DNA from: an uncultured Armatimonadetes bacterium | Lineage (GTDB): Bacteria; Armatimonadota; Hebobacteria; Hebobacterales; Hebobacteraceae | Direction: 5' to 3' | DNA length: 64,000 nt | NCBI GenBank assembly: GCA_963716175.1 | Contig: OY970296.1 | Span: 1,600,001 to 1,664,000, forward strand | Part shown: positions 37,660 to 47,283 of the stretch, in pieces | Layout: each line of letters opens with the position of its first letter | How positions within the stretch are numbered: the stretch's first letter is position 1 | Program-made: the position numbers and the translations under genes | The notes under the pieces: generated by a model | What the model was told of the DNA's origin: nothing | Database searches by the model: none | Seen by the model: the letters and a program-made list of their open reading frames with translations, nothing else

Positions 37660-38721
37660 ATGCCCTATCCGAAGCTCAAGCCAGCTCCGGATTTCGGCCG
37701 GCTCCAGCGGGTCTTCGCCCGCGGCGTGCCGGACCGGGTGCCGTTCATCGAGCTGTTCCTGGATGAGGAGATCATGGTGGCCCTCCGGGAAGCTCCCTTC
37801 TCCGCCGACCCCCAGCAGCGGTGGCAAGAGATGGCCGACCTCTACCTGCGTCTGGGGTACGATTATGTCCCGGCGGCTACTGGGTTCGGCTTCCCATATC
37901 GCACCATGGAGGCGGCGGACACGGCGGGGCTGAGCCGGGGCGAGCGGAGCTGGGTGGATGAGGCCCATGGGGCCATCGAGACCCGGGATGATTTCGAGCG
38001 CTACCCGTGGCCGCGGGCAACGGAGGAGCATTACCTCCCGCTGGAGCAGGCGGCGCAGGCGCTGCCGGAGGGGATGAAGGTGATCCCTAGCGGGCCGGGT
38101 GGGGTGCTGGAGAACGTGATGTGGCTGATGGGCTATGGGCCGATGAGCTATGCCATGGCCGACGAACCCGACCTGGTGCAGGCCATGTTCGACCGGGTGG
38201 GAGAGACGTTGGTGGAGGTGTTCCGCACCATGGCGAGCCATGAGGGTGTGGGGGCGGTGTTCCTCGGCGACGATATGGGGTTCAAGACCCAGACCATGAT
38301 CTCGCCGGAGGACATGAGGCGCTACGTCTTCCCGTGGCAGCGACGGCTGGCGGAGGTGGTGCACGCGGCGGGCAAGCCGTTCCTGCTGCACGCCTGCGGG
38401 AATCTCGAGGCGGTGATGGACGACCTCATTGACGACGTGGGTATTGACGCCAAGCACAGCTTCGAGGATGTGATCATGCCGGTGACCGAGGCGAAGCAGC
38501 GATGGGGCGATCGGATCGCGCTGCTGGGCGGGATTGACGTGGACCTGCTGACCCGGGGCCGGCCGGAGCAGGTGAGGGCGCGGACGCGGGAGGTGCTGGA
38601 GGCGTGCATGCCCGGAGGCGGGTACACGCTGGGGTCGGGGAACTCGGTAGCCAATTACGTATCGCTCGGAAACTACCTGGCGATGCTGGAGGAGGGGTGG
38701 CGCGTGGGGGTCTACGCCTAA
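37660..38721 (+). CDS. Uroporphyrinogen decarboxylase (URO-D/MtaA-like) family protein
   Basis: PDRVP, GDDMG, LHACG, LLGGIDV, GGGY.LGSGNS. Confidence 0.85.
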   Translation: MPYPKLKPAPDFGRLQRVFARGVPDRVPFIELFLDEEIMVALREAPFSADPQQRWQEMADLYLRLGYDYVPAATGFGFPYRTMEAADTAGLSRGERSWVDEAHGAIETRDDFERYPWPRATEEHYLPLEQAAQALPEGMKVIPSGPGGVLENVMWLMGYGPMSYAMADEPDLVQAMFDRVGETLVEVFRTMASHEGVGAVFLGDDMGFKTQTMISPEDMRRYVFPWQRRLAEVVHAAGKPFLLHACGNLEAVMDDLIDDVGIDAKHSFEDVIMPVTEAKQRWGDRIALLGGIDVDLLTRGRPEQVRARTREVLEACMPGGGYTLGSGNSVANYVSLGNYLAMLEEGWRVGVYA

Positions 38722-38821
38722 TGATGTTCGCACAACGAAGTAATGTGCGAACATCGCCCTGTGCCTGTCTGGGCCGCTTCTTCAGCTTCGCCGTGTTAGT
38801 TCATTCGGCGAAGCTCTTTAG
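38718..38821. repeat. 104-bp twin-hairpin MITE/REPIN-like element, copy 3 (inverted)
   Basis: Reverse complement of 8508-8611 family; its terminus supplies the TAA of the upstream gene. Confidence 0.78.
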
Positions 38822-38992
38822 GGGTGGTATGGAGGCTCCACTCCTTCCGTTCCGCCGAAGCGGCGGCGGGCATGGGTGCCCAGGCCTGAAGGCCGGGATG
38901 TCCCTAGGCCCGATAGGGCCGGGATGGCGGCCGGCTCTGCCGGCCTAGCTAGCGGTCGCGGTAACCTGGCCACGTGCCCGCCCTACAATGAC

Positions 38993-39865
38993 ATGGCTGC
39001 AAGAGCTGTCATCCTGCTGAAGGCGATTCGGTTTGAGCATACTGCGTTTGCGCTGCCCTTCGCGCTCACCGCGACCTTCGTGGCGGCGATGGGGTGGCCG
39101 CGTCCCTGGACGCTGCTGTGGATTCTGGCGGCGATGGTGGGGGCGCGGACGGCGGCGATGGCGTTCAACCGCATCGCAGACCTGCCTTACGATCGGGCGA
39201 ACCCGCGCACCGCGGATCGGGCGCTGGTCACCGGCGCGCTGACAACTCCGCAGCTCTGGGTGGTGCTGGGGAGCGGCGCCGCGGTCTATTTTCTCTGGGC
39301 CGGGATGCTGAACCGGCTGGCGCTGTCACTGTCGCCGTTCGCGCTGGCGGTGCTGCTGGGCTACTCCTATACCAAGCGGTTCACGGTATGGACGCACTGG
39401 ATCCTGGGCTTCTGCCTGGGGCTGGCGCCGGTGGGGGCCTGGATCGGGGTGCGGGGCCGATTCGATCTGCCGCCCTTGATCCTGTGCCTGGCGGTGACCA
39501 CGTGGACGGCCGGCTTCGACATCATCTATGCCTGCCAGGATGTACAGTTCGACCGGAAGCAGGGCTTGTTCTCACTGCCGGCGCGGTGGGGCGTGCGGCG
39601 GGCGCTGGTGATCTCCACGGTGAACCATGTGCTCACGGTCTGGCTGCTCTGGCTGTTCGGTGAGGCGGCGCACCTGGGGGCGCTGTACTTCGCGGGCGTG
39701 GTGGCGCTGATACCGGTGCTCTGGTACGAGCACCACGTGGTGCGGCCGGAGGACCTGAGCCGGGCCGAGATCGCCTCCTTTTTCGCCAACGGCGTCTTCA
39801 GCATCGTGCTCTTCCTCTTTGCTGCGGCCGATGTTATCCTGGTCAGCAGCAAGATGCGAATATGA
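38993..39865 (+). CDS. ubiA: UbiA-family prenyltransferase (MqnP-like)
   Basis: IRFEHT.FALPF, AMAFNR..D..YD..NPRT..R, YSYTKRF, GFDIIYACQD. Confidence 0.9.
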   Translation: MAARAVILLKAIRFEHTAFALPFALTATFVAAMGWPRPWTLLWILAAMVGARTAAMAFNRIADLPYDRANPRTADRALVTGALTTPQLWVVLGSGAAVYFLWAGMLNRLALSLSPFALAVLLGYSYTKRFTVWTHWILGFCLGLAPVGAWIGVRGRFDLPPLILCLAVTTWTAGFDIIYACQDVQFDRKQGLFSLPARWGVRRALVISTVNHVLTVWLLWLFGEAAHLGALYFAGVVALIPVLWYEHHVVRPEDLSRAEIASFFANGVFSIVLFLFAAADVILVSSKMRI

Positions 39866-40968
39866 GCCAAGTCGTCTTCGAGTCAGCGGACCTGCGCGAT
39901 ATCGCGGACAAGGTCGTGCGCGGTGAGCGGCTCTCGCGGGAGCACGGCCTGCGCCTGATGGCGACTCCTCACCTGGCAGCGCTGGGGGCGCTGGCCAACC
40001 TGGTGCGCGAGCGATGGCACGGGAATGGCACTTACTACATCGTGAACCGGCACATCAACTACACCAATATCTGCGTCAACCGCTGCCGATTCTGCGCTTT
40101 CTCTCGAAGCGAGGGGGAGCCGGGCGCTTTCCTGCTGCCAATCGAGGAATGCCTGGCGAAGGCCGAGTCGTTCCGCGGGGGCCGGGTGAGCGAGTTCCAC
40201 ATCGTGGGGGGCTGCCATCCATCGCTCGGCCTCGATTACTACACCGGGTTGCTGTCCGGGCTCCGCGCGCGGTTCCCGGAGGTGCACCTGCAGGCCTTCA
40301 CCGCGGTGGAGGTGGCGCACATCGCCCAGGTGGCCGGTATCACGGTGCACGAATGCCTGGAGCGGCTGCGGGAGGCGGGGTTGGGGTCACTGCCGGGAGG
40401 CGGGGCGGAGGTGTTCTCCTCGCGGGTGCGGGAGGCGCTCTGCCCCCGCAAGCTGCCCGCGGAGGAGTGGCTGGAGGTGATGCGCGCCGCCCATTCCCTG
40501 GGCCTGCGCAGCAACTGCACCCTGCTCTATGGTCACATCGAGAGGGCGGAGGAGGTGGTTGATCACCTGCTGCGGCTGAGGGCGCTTCAGGATGAGACCA
40601 GGGGCTTCCTCGCCTTCATCCCGTTGGCCTTCCACTCCGGTCACACGGAGCTCGAGGGAGAGATCGCAGGGCCGACGGCCTGGGAGAGCCTGCGCCTGTT
40701 TGCGGTGAGCCGGCTGCTGCTGGACAATATCCCGCACCTGAAAGTGTTCTGGATCATGCTGGGGCTGAAGTTGGCCCAGGTGGCGCTGAGCTTCGGCGCG
40801 GATGATGTGGACGGCACGGTGGTGGAGGAGCGGATCACGCACGCGGCGGGGGCGGAGACGCCGGAGGCGCTGACGGTGGAGGAGCTGAAGCAACTGATCC
40901 AGGGCGCGGGGCGGCAGCCGATCGCCCGCGATACCGTCTACCGGCCGGTGCGGGAGGAGGTGTCGTGA
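39862..40968 (+). CDS. mqnE: Aminofutalosine synthase (radical SAM)
   Basis: NRHINYTNIC...C.FCAF, SLPGGGAE, LYGHIE, FIPLAFH, PHLKVFW, DGTVVEERITH.AGA. Confidence 0.88.
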   Translation: MSQVVFESADLRDIADKVVRGERLSREHGLRLMATPHLAALGALANLVRERWHGNGTYYIVNRHINYTNICVNRCRFCAFSRSEGEPGAFLLPIEECLAKAESFRGGRVSEFHIVGGCHPSLGLDYYTGLLSGLRARFPEVHLQAFTAVEVAHIAQVAGITVHECLERLREAGLGSLPGGGAEVFSSRVREALCPRKLPAEEWLEVMRAAHSLGLRSNCTLLYGHIERAEEVVDHLLRLRALQDETRGFLAFIPLAFHSGHTELEGEIAGPTAWESLRLFAVSRLLLDNIPHLKVFWIMLGLKLAQVALSFGADDVDGTVVEERITHAAGAETPEALTVEELKQLIQGAGRQPIARDTVYRPVREEVS

Positions 40969-41756
40969 AGCAGCATCGCCTGGGCCTGGTCAGCTACCTC
41001 AACACCAGCCCGTTCCGCTATGGCCTGCGCGAGCTGGGCGAGACAGACTGGATGGAGCGGGTGCCGTCTCTGCTGCTTCCCCTGCTCGAGTCCGGAGGGG
41101 TGGAGGCGGCAACTCTGCCGGCCTTCGACGTGCTCAGTCATCCCCATCTACCAGTGCTGCCGGAATCGTGTATCGCCTCCCATGGGGCGGCCTATAGTGT
41201 CAGGCTATTCTCTCGCATCCCGCTGCGGCGAGTGAGCAGTGTGGCGCTGGATTCCAGCTCTCACACCTCGGCCGCGCTGACCCGGATCGTGCTCCACGCG
41301 CAGGGGTGCAGCCCGAGCTATTTCTCGATGTCGCCGGACCTGACCATGATGCTGAATGCGGCCGATGCCGCGCTGCTGATTGGGGATCCGTGCATGCGCG
41401 CCAACACCACCGGCTTGCTGGTGACAGATCTCGGGCAGGAGTGGCTGAACCTGACGGGCCTGCCGTTCGTGTTCTCGGTGTGGGCGGCCCGGCCCGGTGC
41501 GGATCACGGGGGTCTGACGCGACTCATCGCAGAGGCGAAGCGCAAGGGGCTGGCGGCGGTGGAGAGAGTGGCGGAAGAGGAGTGCGAGAGAGTGGCGCTG
41601 GACCGGGCGGTCTGCCTGGTCTATCTGCGGGACCACATGCGCTACGATCTGGACGAGGGCGCTCGCGCCGGGCTGGAGCGTTTCCGCCAGTTGGCAGTGG
41701 AGCAGAAGCTGATCGCCGATGCGGGACCGGTCCGTTTCCTGGAAATCAGCGCTTGA
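40965..41756 (+). CDS. mqnA: Chorismate dehydratase
   Basis: VSYLNT.PF, SV.LFS, S.TS..L, ALLIGD, DLG.EW...TGLPFVF.VWA. Confidence 0.9.
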   Translation: MKQHRLGLVSYLNTSPFRYGLRELGETDWMERVPSLLLPLLESGGVEAATLPAFDVLSHPHLPVLPESCIASHGAAYSVRLFSRIPLRRVSSVALDSSSHTSAALTRIVLHAQGCSPSYFSMSPDLTMMLNAADAALLIGDPCMRANTTGLLVTDLGQEWLNLTGLPFVFSVWAARPGADHGGLTRLIAEAKRKGLAAVERVAEEECERVALDRAVCLVYLRDHMRYDLDEGARAGLERFRQLAVEQKLIADAGPVRFLEISA

Positions 41757-42795
41757 GCGAGCCGTCTGGGGAAAGCGCCTGCTAGCAGAGGAGGCGGTTG
41801 CTCTATTCGGCGCGCCGCTGGCCCTGCTGGGGGCGGCGGCTGATCACGCCTGCCGGCGGCTGCACCCGGAGCCGGTGCGGACCTTCGTGATTGACCGCAA
41901 CATCAACTACTCCAACATCTGCATCTCGGGGTGTCGGTTCTGCGCCTTCTTCCGCCCGCCGCGCCATGCCGAGGGCTACCTGCTCTCCCAGGACCAGATC
42001 CTGGAGAAGGTCGAAGAGGCGGTGGCAGTGGGCGCGACGCAGATACTGATGCAGGGAGGGCTGCATCCCGAACTGCCGCTGGAGTGGTTCGAGGAGACCT
42101 TTCGCGCCATCAAAGCCCGGTTCCCAATCACCATACACTCGCTCTCGGCGCCGGAGGTGGTGCACCTGTCTCGCATTTCAGATCTGACATTCAGGGATAC
42201 TCTGGCGCGGCTGCAGGCGGCGGGGCTGGACTCGCTGCCGGGCGGGGGCGCGGAGATCCTGTGCGATGACATTCGCAGCGCCCTCAGCCCGCGGAAGTGT
42301 ACCGTGGAGGAATGGTGTGGCGTGATGCGGGAGGCGCACGCGCTGGGGATGCGCGCGACGGCGACCATGGTATTCGGGCACATCGAGACCCCGGCGCACC
42401 GGGTGAGGCATCTACTGCGGGTGCGGGAGCTGCAGGACGAGACGGGAGTGTTCACCGCCTTCATCCCATGGACCTTCCAGCCGGCCAACACCGCGCTGGG
42501 AGGGAAGGCGGCCGGCCCACACGATTACCTGCGCACGCTGGCGATCTCGCGACTGGCGCTGGATAACATCGCGAACCTCCAGGCCTCATGGGTGACCCAG
42601 GGGGAGAAGATCGGACAGCTCGCGCTGGCCTTCGGGGCGAACGACCTGGGCAGTACCATGATCGAGGAGAATGTGGTACGGGCGGCGGGGGTGGAGTTCC
42701 GCTTGTCGGCCGATGAGCTGGCGGCGCTGATCCGGGGCGCGGGCTTCACGCCGGCGAGGCGGGATACCCAGTACCGCATCCTGGAGACGGTGTGA
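41719..42795 (+). CDS. mqnC: Cyclic dehypoxanthine futalosine synthase (radical SAM); start uncertain
   Basis: TFVIDRNINYSN.C...C.FCAF, QILMQGGLHP, FTAFIPWTFQ, NLQASWVTQG, GSTMIEENVV. Confidence 0.9.
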   Translation: MRDRSVSWKSALERAVWGKRLLAEEAVALFGAPLALLGAAADHACRRLHPEPVRTFVIDRNINYSNICISGCRFCAFFRPPRHAEGYLLSQDQILEKVEEAVAVGATQILMQGGLHPELPLEWFEETFRAIKARFPITIHSLSAPEVVHLSRISDLTFRDTLARLQAAGLDSLPGGGAEILCDDIRSALSPRKCTVEEWCGVMREAHALGMRATATMVFGHIETPAHRVRHLLRVRELQDETGVFTAFIPWTFQPANTALGGKAAGPHDYLRTLAISRLALDNIANLQASWVTQGEKIGQLALAFGANDLGSTMIEENVVRAAGVEFRLSADELAALIRGAGFTPARRDTQYRILETV

Positions 42796-43713
42796 GCAGA
42801 AAGACGGAGCCGCAGATGAACGCAGATGGACGCAGAGTGACAGCCCCTGATAGCCTGGCGGTGATTGGGGGCAGCGGGGCGCATGAGCTGCTGCGGGCGG
42901 AGGCGCGGAATGTGATGCGGCTGGGGCCGGTGTCCACGCCCTTCGGCCTCTCGGCCCCGCTTTATCGGGTGCGGCTGCGGGAGGCGCACTTCCTGTTCCT
43001 GCCGCGCCACGGCGAGACGGGGTATGAGATCGCGGCCCCGTGGGTGAACTACCGCGCCAACATCTACGCGCTGAAGGAGCAGGGGATCACTCGCATCATG
43101 GCCTGGTCGGGGCCGGGGGCGATAGCCCGCTCGCTGCGGCCGGGGCAGTATGTGCTGCCCAGCGACCTGATAGACCACACCCAGGGGCGGGAAGGAAGCT
43201 TCTTCAAGGGAACGGGGTTGGGGTTCATCCGGCAGCACCCGACCTTCTGCCCGGAGCTGCGAGAGGTGGCGGCGCGCGCGCTGGACGGGCTGCGGCTGTC
43301 CCACCGCGATTTCGGGACCTATGTCTGCACCCAGGGCCCGCGGCTGGAGACGGCGGCCGAGATCAAGATGTTCCGGGCCTGGGGCGCGGACATGGTGGGC
43401 ATGACCCTGGCGCCTGAGGCCTTTCTGGCGCGGGAGCTGGAGTTGTGCTATCTGCCGGTATGCTACATCACGAACTACGCGGGAAGGGGTGCGGGAGCTG
43501 CCGAGCAAGCCGGGAGAGCTGTTCGAGGGGTTGCTGGAGCAGGCGGAGGGAGAGGCGGCGGCGGAGGCGGCCTCGCGCTTCTTCGAGATCGGGGCGGCGC
43601 TCTTCCGCCTGCTTCCGAGGGAACGGCTTTGCCCATGTGCACTGGCGATGGAGCGCTTCCGAAAAGCCGGACGGGCGGGAGAAGATTGGCACACTTGGAT
43701 TGGGAAGGCGTGA
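42792..43713 (+). CDS. MTAP/purine nucleoside phosphorylase family protein (+1 frameshift near 43481; true start may be GTG 42837)
   Basis: IGGSG, TPFG, LPRHG, NYRANIYALK, QGPRLET.AE, VGMT..PE..LAREL; removing one G gives TNYAEGV.. ending TGA 43711-43713. Confidence 0.8.
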
Positions 43714-44873
43714 GCGGAGAACCGCCGGCGGGCATGCCCTTCGACTCCGCCCAGGGTAGACTCCGACATGCCCGCCCTACAGGGGAGGACTGGGATTTCG
43801 CGGACCTGGGGATGAAGGAGACTCAGGCCTCGGTGCATTTCTTCCACCACTGGACGGCGAAGTTCATCCCGCAGATTCCGCGGCGCATCATTGAGATGTA
43901 TGGCCGGCCGGGAGATGTGGTGCTCGACCTGTTCATGGGGAGCGGAACCACGCTGGTGGAGGCGGCGCGGCTGGGCCATGATAGCTGGGGCACGGACATC
44001 AACCCGCTGGCGGTGAAGATCGCGCAGGCGAAGACCGCGCGAGTGAACGAGTCAAGGCTGGACGATCTCATCGCGTGGTTGAGTGAAGCAGCCAGGAACC
44101 CCGAGCGTCACCGGGCGCGATCGGCTCATCTGTTCGAGGACAGCGAGAGGTGGTTCCGCGAGGATGTGGCTCGTGCCATCCGCGCCATCGTGAACCGGGG
44201 CCGAGCTCTGGACGAGGCGACGCGCAATTTCGTCGAGGTGGGGCTATCGGATCTGCTCAAGGGGATGAGCAACGCGCGGATGGACCGCACCATCCCCACG
44301 CTGCCGGACAAGCAGCAGTATGAGGACAAGAAACACTACTGGCGGATGGTGGACAATCGCACGCGGGAGATCAACCCGTTCGCGCGGCTGGCGGCGCAGT
44401 TGCGGCGGATGCAGGGAGCGCTGGCGGCGTTTCAGGCCCAGGCGGGCGGCCGGGCGGAGCCGCTGCTGCACGATGCCCGCCAGCTCGCCTCTCTGGGCCG
44501 GCGGGCGCAGCTTGCGGTCACTTCACCGCCCTACTGGAACGCGCAGAACTATCAGCAGTTGCACCTGCTGTCGTTCCGTTTGCTTGGATTGCCAGAGCCG
44601 GGGCGGGCCGAGATTGGTCGGCGGGCGCAAGATTACCTGGCAGACATGGAGGCGGTGATCGCGCAGCTCGCGCAGGTGCTCGACGGGCATTTCGCGTTGG
44701 TGATCGGGGAATCGAAAGAGGGGATTCACGAGGCGGTGCGCGACCAGTGCCTGGCGCATGGGATGCGGCTGGTGGACACGTTCACGCGGCGGCTGGTCAA
44801 CCAGGCCTTCTTTGCCAAGGCGGTGAAGCGGGAGTTCGTGTACGTGTTCTGTGGGAGGAGAGCGGCACGTTGA
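43710..44873 (+). CDS. Orphan DNA amino-methyltransferase (m4C-type, SPPY motif)
   Basis: H.W.AKFIPQIP, VLDLFMGSGTT, DINPLA, VTSPPY; GTGA overlap with repaired MTAP stop. Confidence 0.8.
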   Translation: MSGEPPAGMPFDSAQGRLRHARPTGEDWDFADLGMKETQASVHFFHHWTAKFIPQIPRRIIEMYGRPGDVVLDLFMGSGTTLVEAARLGHDSWGTDINPLAVKIAQAKTARVNESRLDDLIAWLSEAARNPERHRARSAHLFEDSERWFREDVARAIRAIVNRGRALDEATRNFVEVGLSDLLKGMSNARMDRTIPTLPDKQQYEDKKHYWRMVDNRTREINPFARLAAQLRRMQGALAAFQAQAGGRAEPLLHDARQLASLGRRAQLAVTSPPYWNAQNYQQLHLLSFRLLGLPEPGRAEIGRRAQDYLADMEAVIAQLAQVLDGHFALVIGESKEGIHEAVRDQCLAHGMRLVDTFTRRLVNQAFFAKAVKREFVYVFCGRRAAR

Positions 44874-44947
44874 GTGGACTCGAAGGGCGAGGCACATCCT
44901 CCCCCTTCGATTCTTCCCCCGCCTAACAGGGGCCGCAGGTGCACGGG

Positions 44948-46915
44948 CTAGCTCGAAAGCTGGAAGGCGCGGGAGACGTAGATCGCCATCTGGTCCCGGG
45001 TGACGGTGTCACTGGGATGATACAGGCCATCCAGGTAGCCCTTCACCACCCCATGGTCCACACAGGCCTTGATGGCAGTGCCGGCCCAGAAGCCGGTGAG
45101 GACATCGGGGAAGACCTGTGGCGCAGTGGTCATGTCATCCCCCAGAGTCACCCACCCCTGGGAGCGGGCCACGAACACCGCCATCTGGCCCCGGTCCACC
45201 ACGGCGTCTGGCTGATAGCTGCCATCCGCGTAGCCGGTGACCACGTTCGCCCCTTTCGCGTATTCGATGTACTTGAAGGCCCAGTGCTCGGCGCCAACAT
45301 CGCTGAAGCTGGGCGTCCCGGTGAAGGCCGGCACTTTGTCATCCCCGCCGGCCATCGCGCGGGCGATGTAGACCGCCATTTGATCGCGGGTGACGGGGTT
45401 GGCCGGCTGATAGGTGCCGCCAGGATAGCCAGCGACGATGCCGGCAGCGACACAGGCGTCAATGGCCGCATAGGCCCAGAACGGATCAACGCCATGCGGC
45501 CCGTAACCGCCCGGTGTGACATCGGAGAAGCTGTGCGGGACGAACCCACCCAGCCCGAAGGCCGACAACGAGGTGGTGCTCCCGTAGATCACGTTGCTGT
45601 CTGGGTCCCGCGAGGTCGTGACGTCCTCCCAGTAGCCCGCGGTGTTGTAGTGGAGCATGGCCAGCTGGCTCTCGGCCACGCCGGCCGGGAGATCCCCGTC
45701 CTGATAGGTCATCTGGACCTCGATCGGCCCGGCCGCCTCCGCAGTGCTGTGGATCTGGTAGAACTGCTCCGCCGCCTGATAGCCGTCTGGCAGTTGCGGC
45801 TGATCTTGATCGAGCACGATGGTGGTAAGGCCCGGCGTGGACACCTGGTCGAAGGTGACGGTGGTGTTGTCTACGGTCACCGTCGGGCGATCGGGGTAGG
45901 TGTTGTCCCCGTGCCAACTGAACCCGGAATCGGACCAGGCGTTGGTGGTGATCTGAGTGGCCAGGCCGCTGGCGAAGCTGTACATCCAGACCTCGCGCTG
46001 GAGGTCGTAGTGGGGGCCCTGCACGTCGAGCGGCATCGCCGCGCTGAAGACAACGAGGTCGGCGGTAGGCGCCCATTGCGGCTCCACCGGCCCGATGTTG
46101 CACAGCATGCCGTCAATGTGAAAGTCATCCGGCGTGAACCCGATGTTGGTCAGATGCGCAACCACGTCCGCATCCGAGATGAAGCGCTCGACCAGCACCT
46201 GGGGATTGCTGCCGTCCAGGTTGGTCAGCAGCAGGCGCCGGTACGTTCCCTGCGCGGTATCGCTGTGTTCCGAGACCGAGGAAACGATCTTCGAGCCATC
46301 AGGTGAAAGCGCAGGGGACCCGCCGACATTGGGCAGAACCTGCACGTTGGTGCCATCGGTGTTGATGAGAATGATCCCAAGGGACGACTCGCACATCAGC
46401 CGGCCGCCGTTGGACATCCACACCGGATAGGCCGTCGTGCCGAAGTCCGGCGTGGTCACGGGATGCGCGCCGGTGCCGTCGGCGTTCATGATCCAGAGAT
46501 GGAAGCCGGCGTCGCACGGGATCTGATCGGTCTGCGGCTCGGCGTGCTGGAAGGCGATCTGGCTGCCGTCTGGCGACCATCGGGCGAAGCAGTTGACGCC
46601 CGCGAGCCCGGCAGGCTGGGTCAGGTTCACCTGGTTCGAGCCGTCTATGTTCGCGGTCCAGATGTGGACACCCGTGTCGCTGTCGCCCATGATGTACGCC
46701 ACCTCGGTGCCGCTCGGCGAGATATCGCCGTTGTAGAACAACCCCGGAGGCGCGGGAGTGACGTTGTCGGTGTCGCCTTCCATGAAATAGACAGTCGTCT
46801 GCGTGAAATCCTGCCCGATCACCATCAGCTTTCCGGGGATCGGCATGGCGAGAGAGGCAGCCGGCGCGCACACGACTAGCAGGAATGCAGGCAGGCAGAG
46901 CGCAGCAGCACGCAT
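44948..46915 (-). CDS. S-layer homology (SLH) protein with TolB-like PD40 repeats
   Basis: Signal peptide, WSPDGSQIAF-type repeats, three C-terminal GY.DG.Y.P...VTRDQMA SLH repeats. Confidence 0.88.
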   Translation of the reverse strand: MRAAALCLPAFLLVVCAPAASLAMPIPGKLMVIGQDFTQTTVYFMEGDTDNVTPAPPGLFYNGDISPSGTEVAYIMGDSDTGVHIWTANIDGSNQVNLTQPAGLAGVNCFARWSPDGSQIAFQHAEPQTDQIPCDAGFHLWIMNADGTGAHPVTTPDFGTTAYPVWMSNGGRLMCESSLGIILINTDGTNVQVLPNVGGSPALSPDGSKIVSSVSEHSDTAQGTYRRLLLTNLDGSNPQVLVERFISDADVVAHLTNIGFTPDDFHIDGMLCNIGPVEPQWAPTADLVVFSAAMPLDVQGPHYDLQREVWMYSFASGLATQITTNAWSDSGFSWHGDNTYPDRPTVTVDNTTVTFDQVSTPGLTTIVLDQDQPQLPDGYQAAEQFYQIHSTAEAAGPIEVQMTYQDGDLPAGVAESQLAMLHYNTAGYWEDVTTSRDPDSNVIYGSTTSLSAFGLGGFVPHSFSDVTPGGYGPHGVDPFWAYAAIDACVAAGIVAGYPGGTYQPANPVTRDQMAVYIARAMAGGDDKVPAFTGTPSFSDVGAEHWAFKYIEYAKGANVVTGYADGSYQPDAVVDRGQMAVFVARSQGWVTLGDDMTTAPQVFPDVLTGFWAGTAIKACVDHGVVKGYLDGLYHPSDTVTRDQMAIYVSRAFQLSS

Positions 46916-47016
46916 ATCGCACCCCCTGTGAGGCCGACCCGCCGTCCCATGGCCGTTCACAGAAGTGGTAGCGAGCAGCACTGGCGATAGGCTTCGACGC
47001 GGTGCAGGAGGCTCCT

Positions 47017-47120
47017 CTACTGAGTTTCGCCTAACGGAGTAACGGCGAAACTCAGACAGACCAGCTCTCAGAGCAGCAGGACGGCTTCGGCATGCTACTT
47101 CTATCTGCGAAGCTCATTAG
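47017..47120. repeat. 104-bp twin-hairpin MITE/REPIN-like element, copy 4
   Basis: CTACTGAGTTTCGCC..GGCGAAACTCAG and GCTTCG..CGAAGCTCATTAG. Confidence 0.65.
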
Positions 47121-47283
47121 GTTGAGCCGACTCCCACGAGCCACGTGTGACCAGCGAACGTAGCCGGCCAGCAGCGTGGCGTCGGGTGGATGAGGGAAGC
47201 ACACTCCACTCACCGCAGGCTGGCGGCGGTGGCACGTCGAAGCTATAGGGGGCGAGGCGAGTGCGCCGAACCGGGGAGAGCAA

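Noticed and set aside
42792-44873. 693-aa MTAP-DNA methyltransferase fusion in the ORF track
   Set aside because: The linker is Gly/Ala-rich off-frame sequence; removing one G near 43481 restores a normal MTAP C-terminus ending at 43713 and a separate GTG-started methylase
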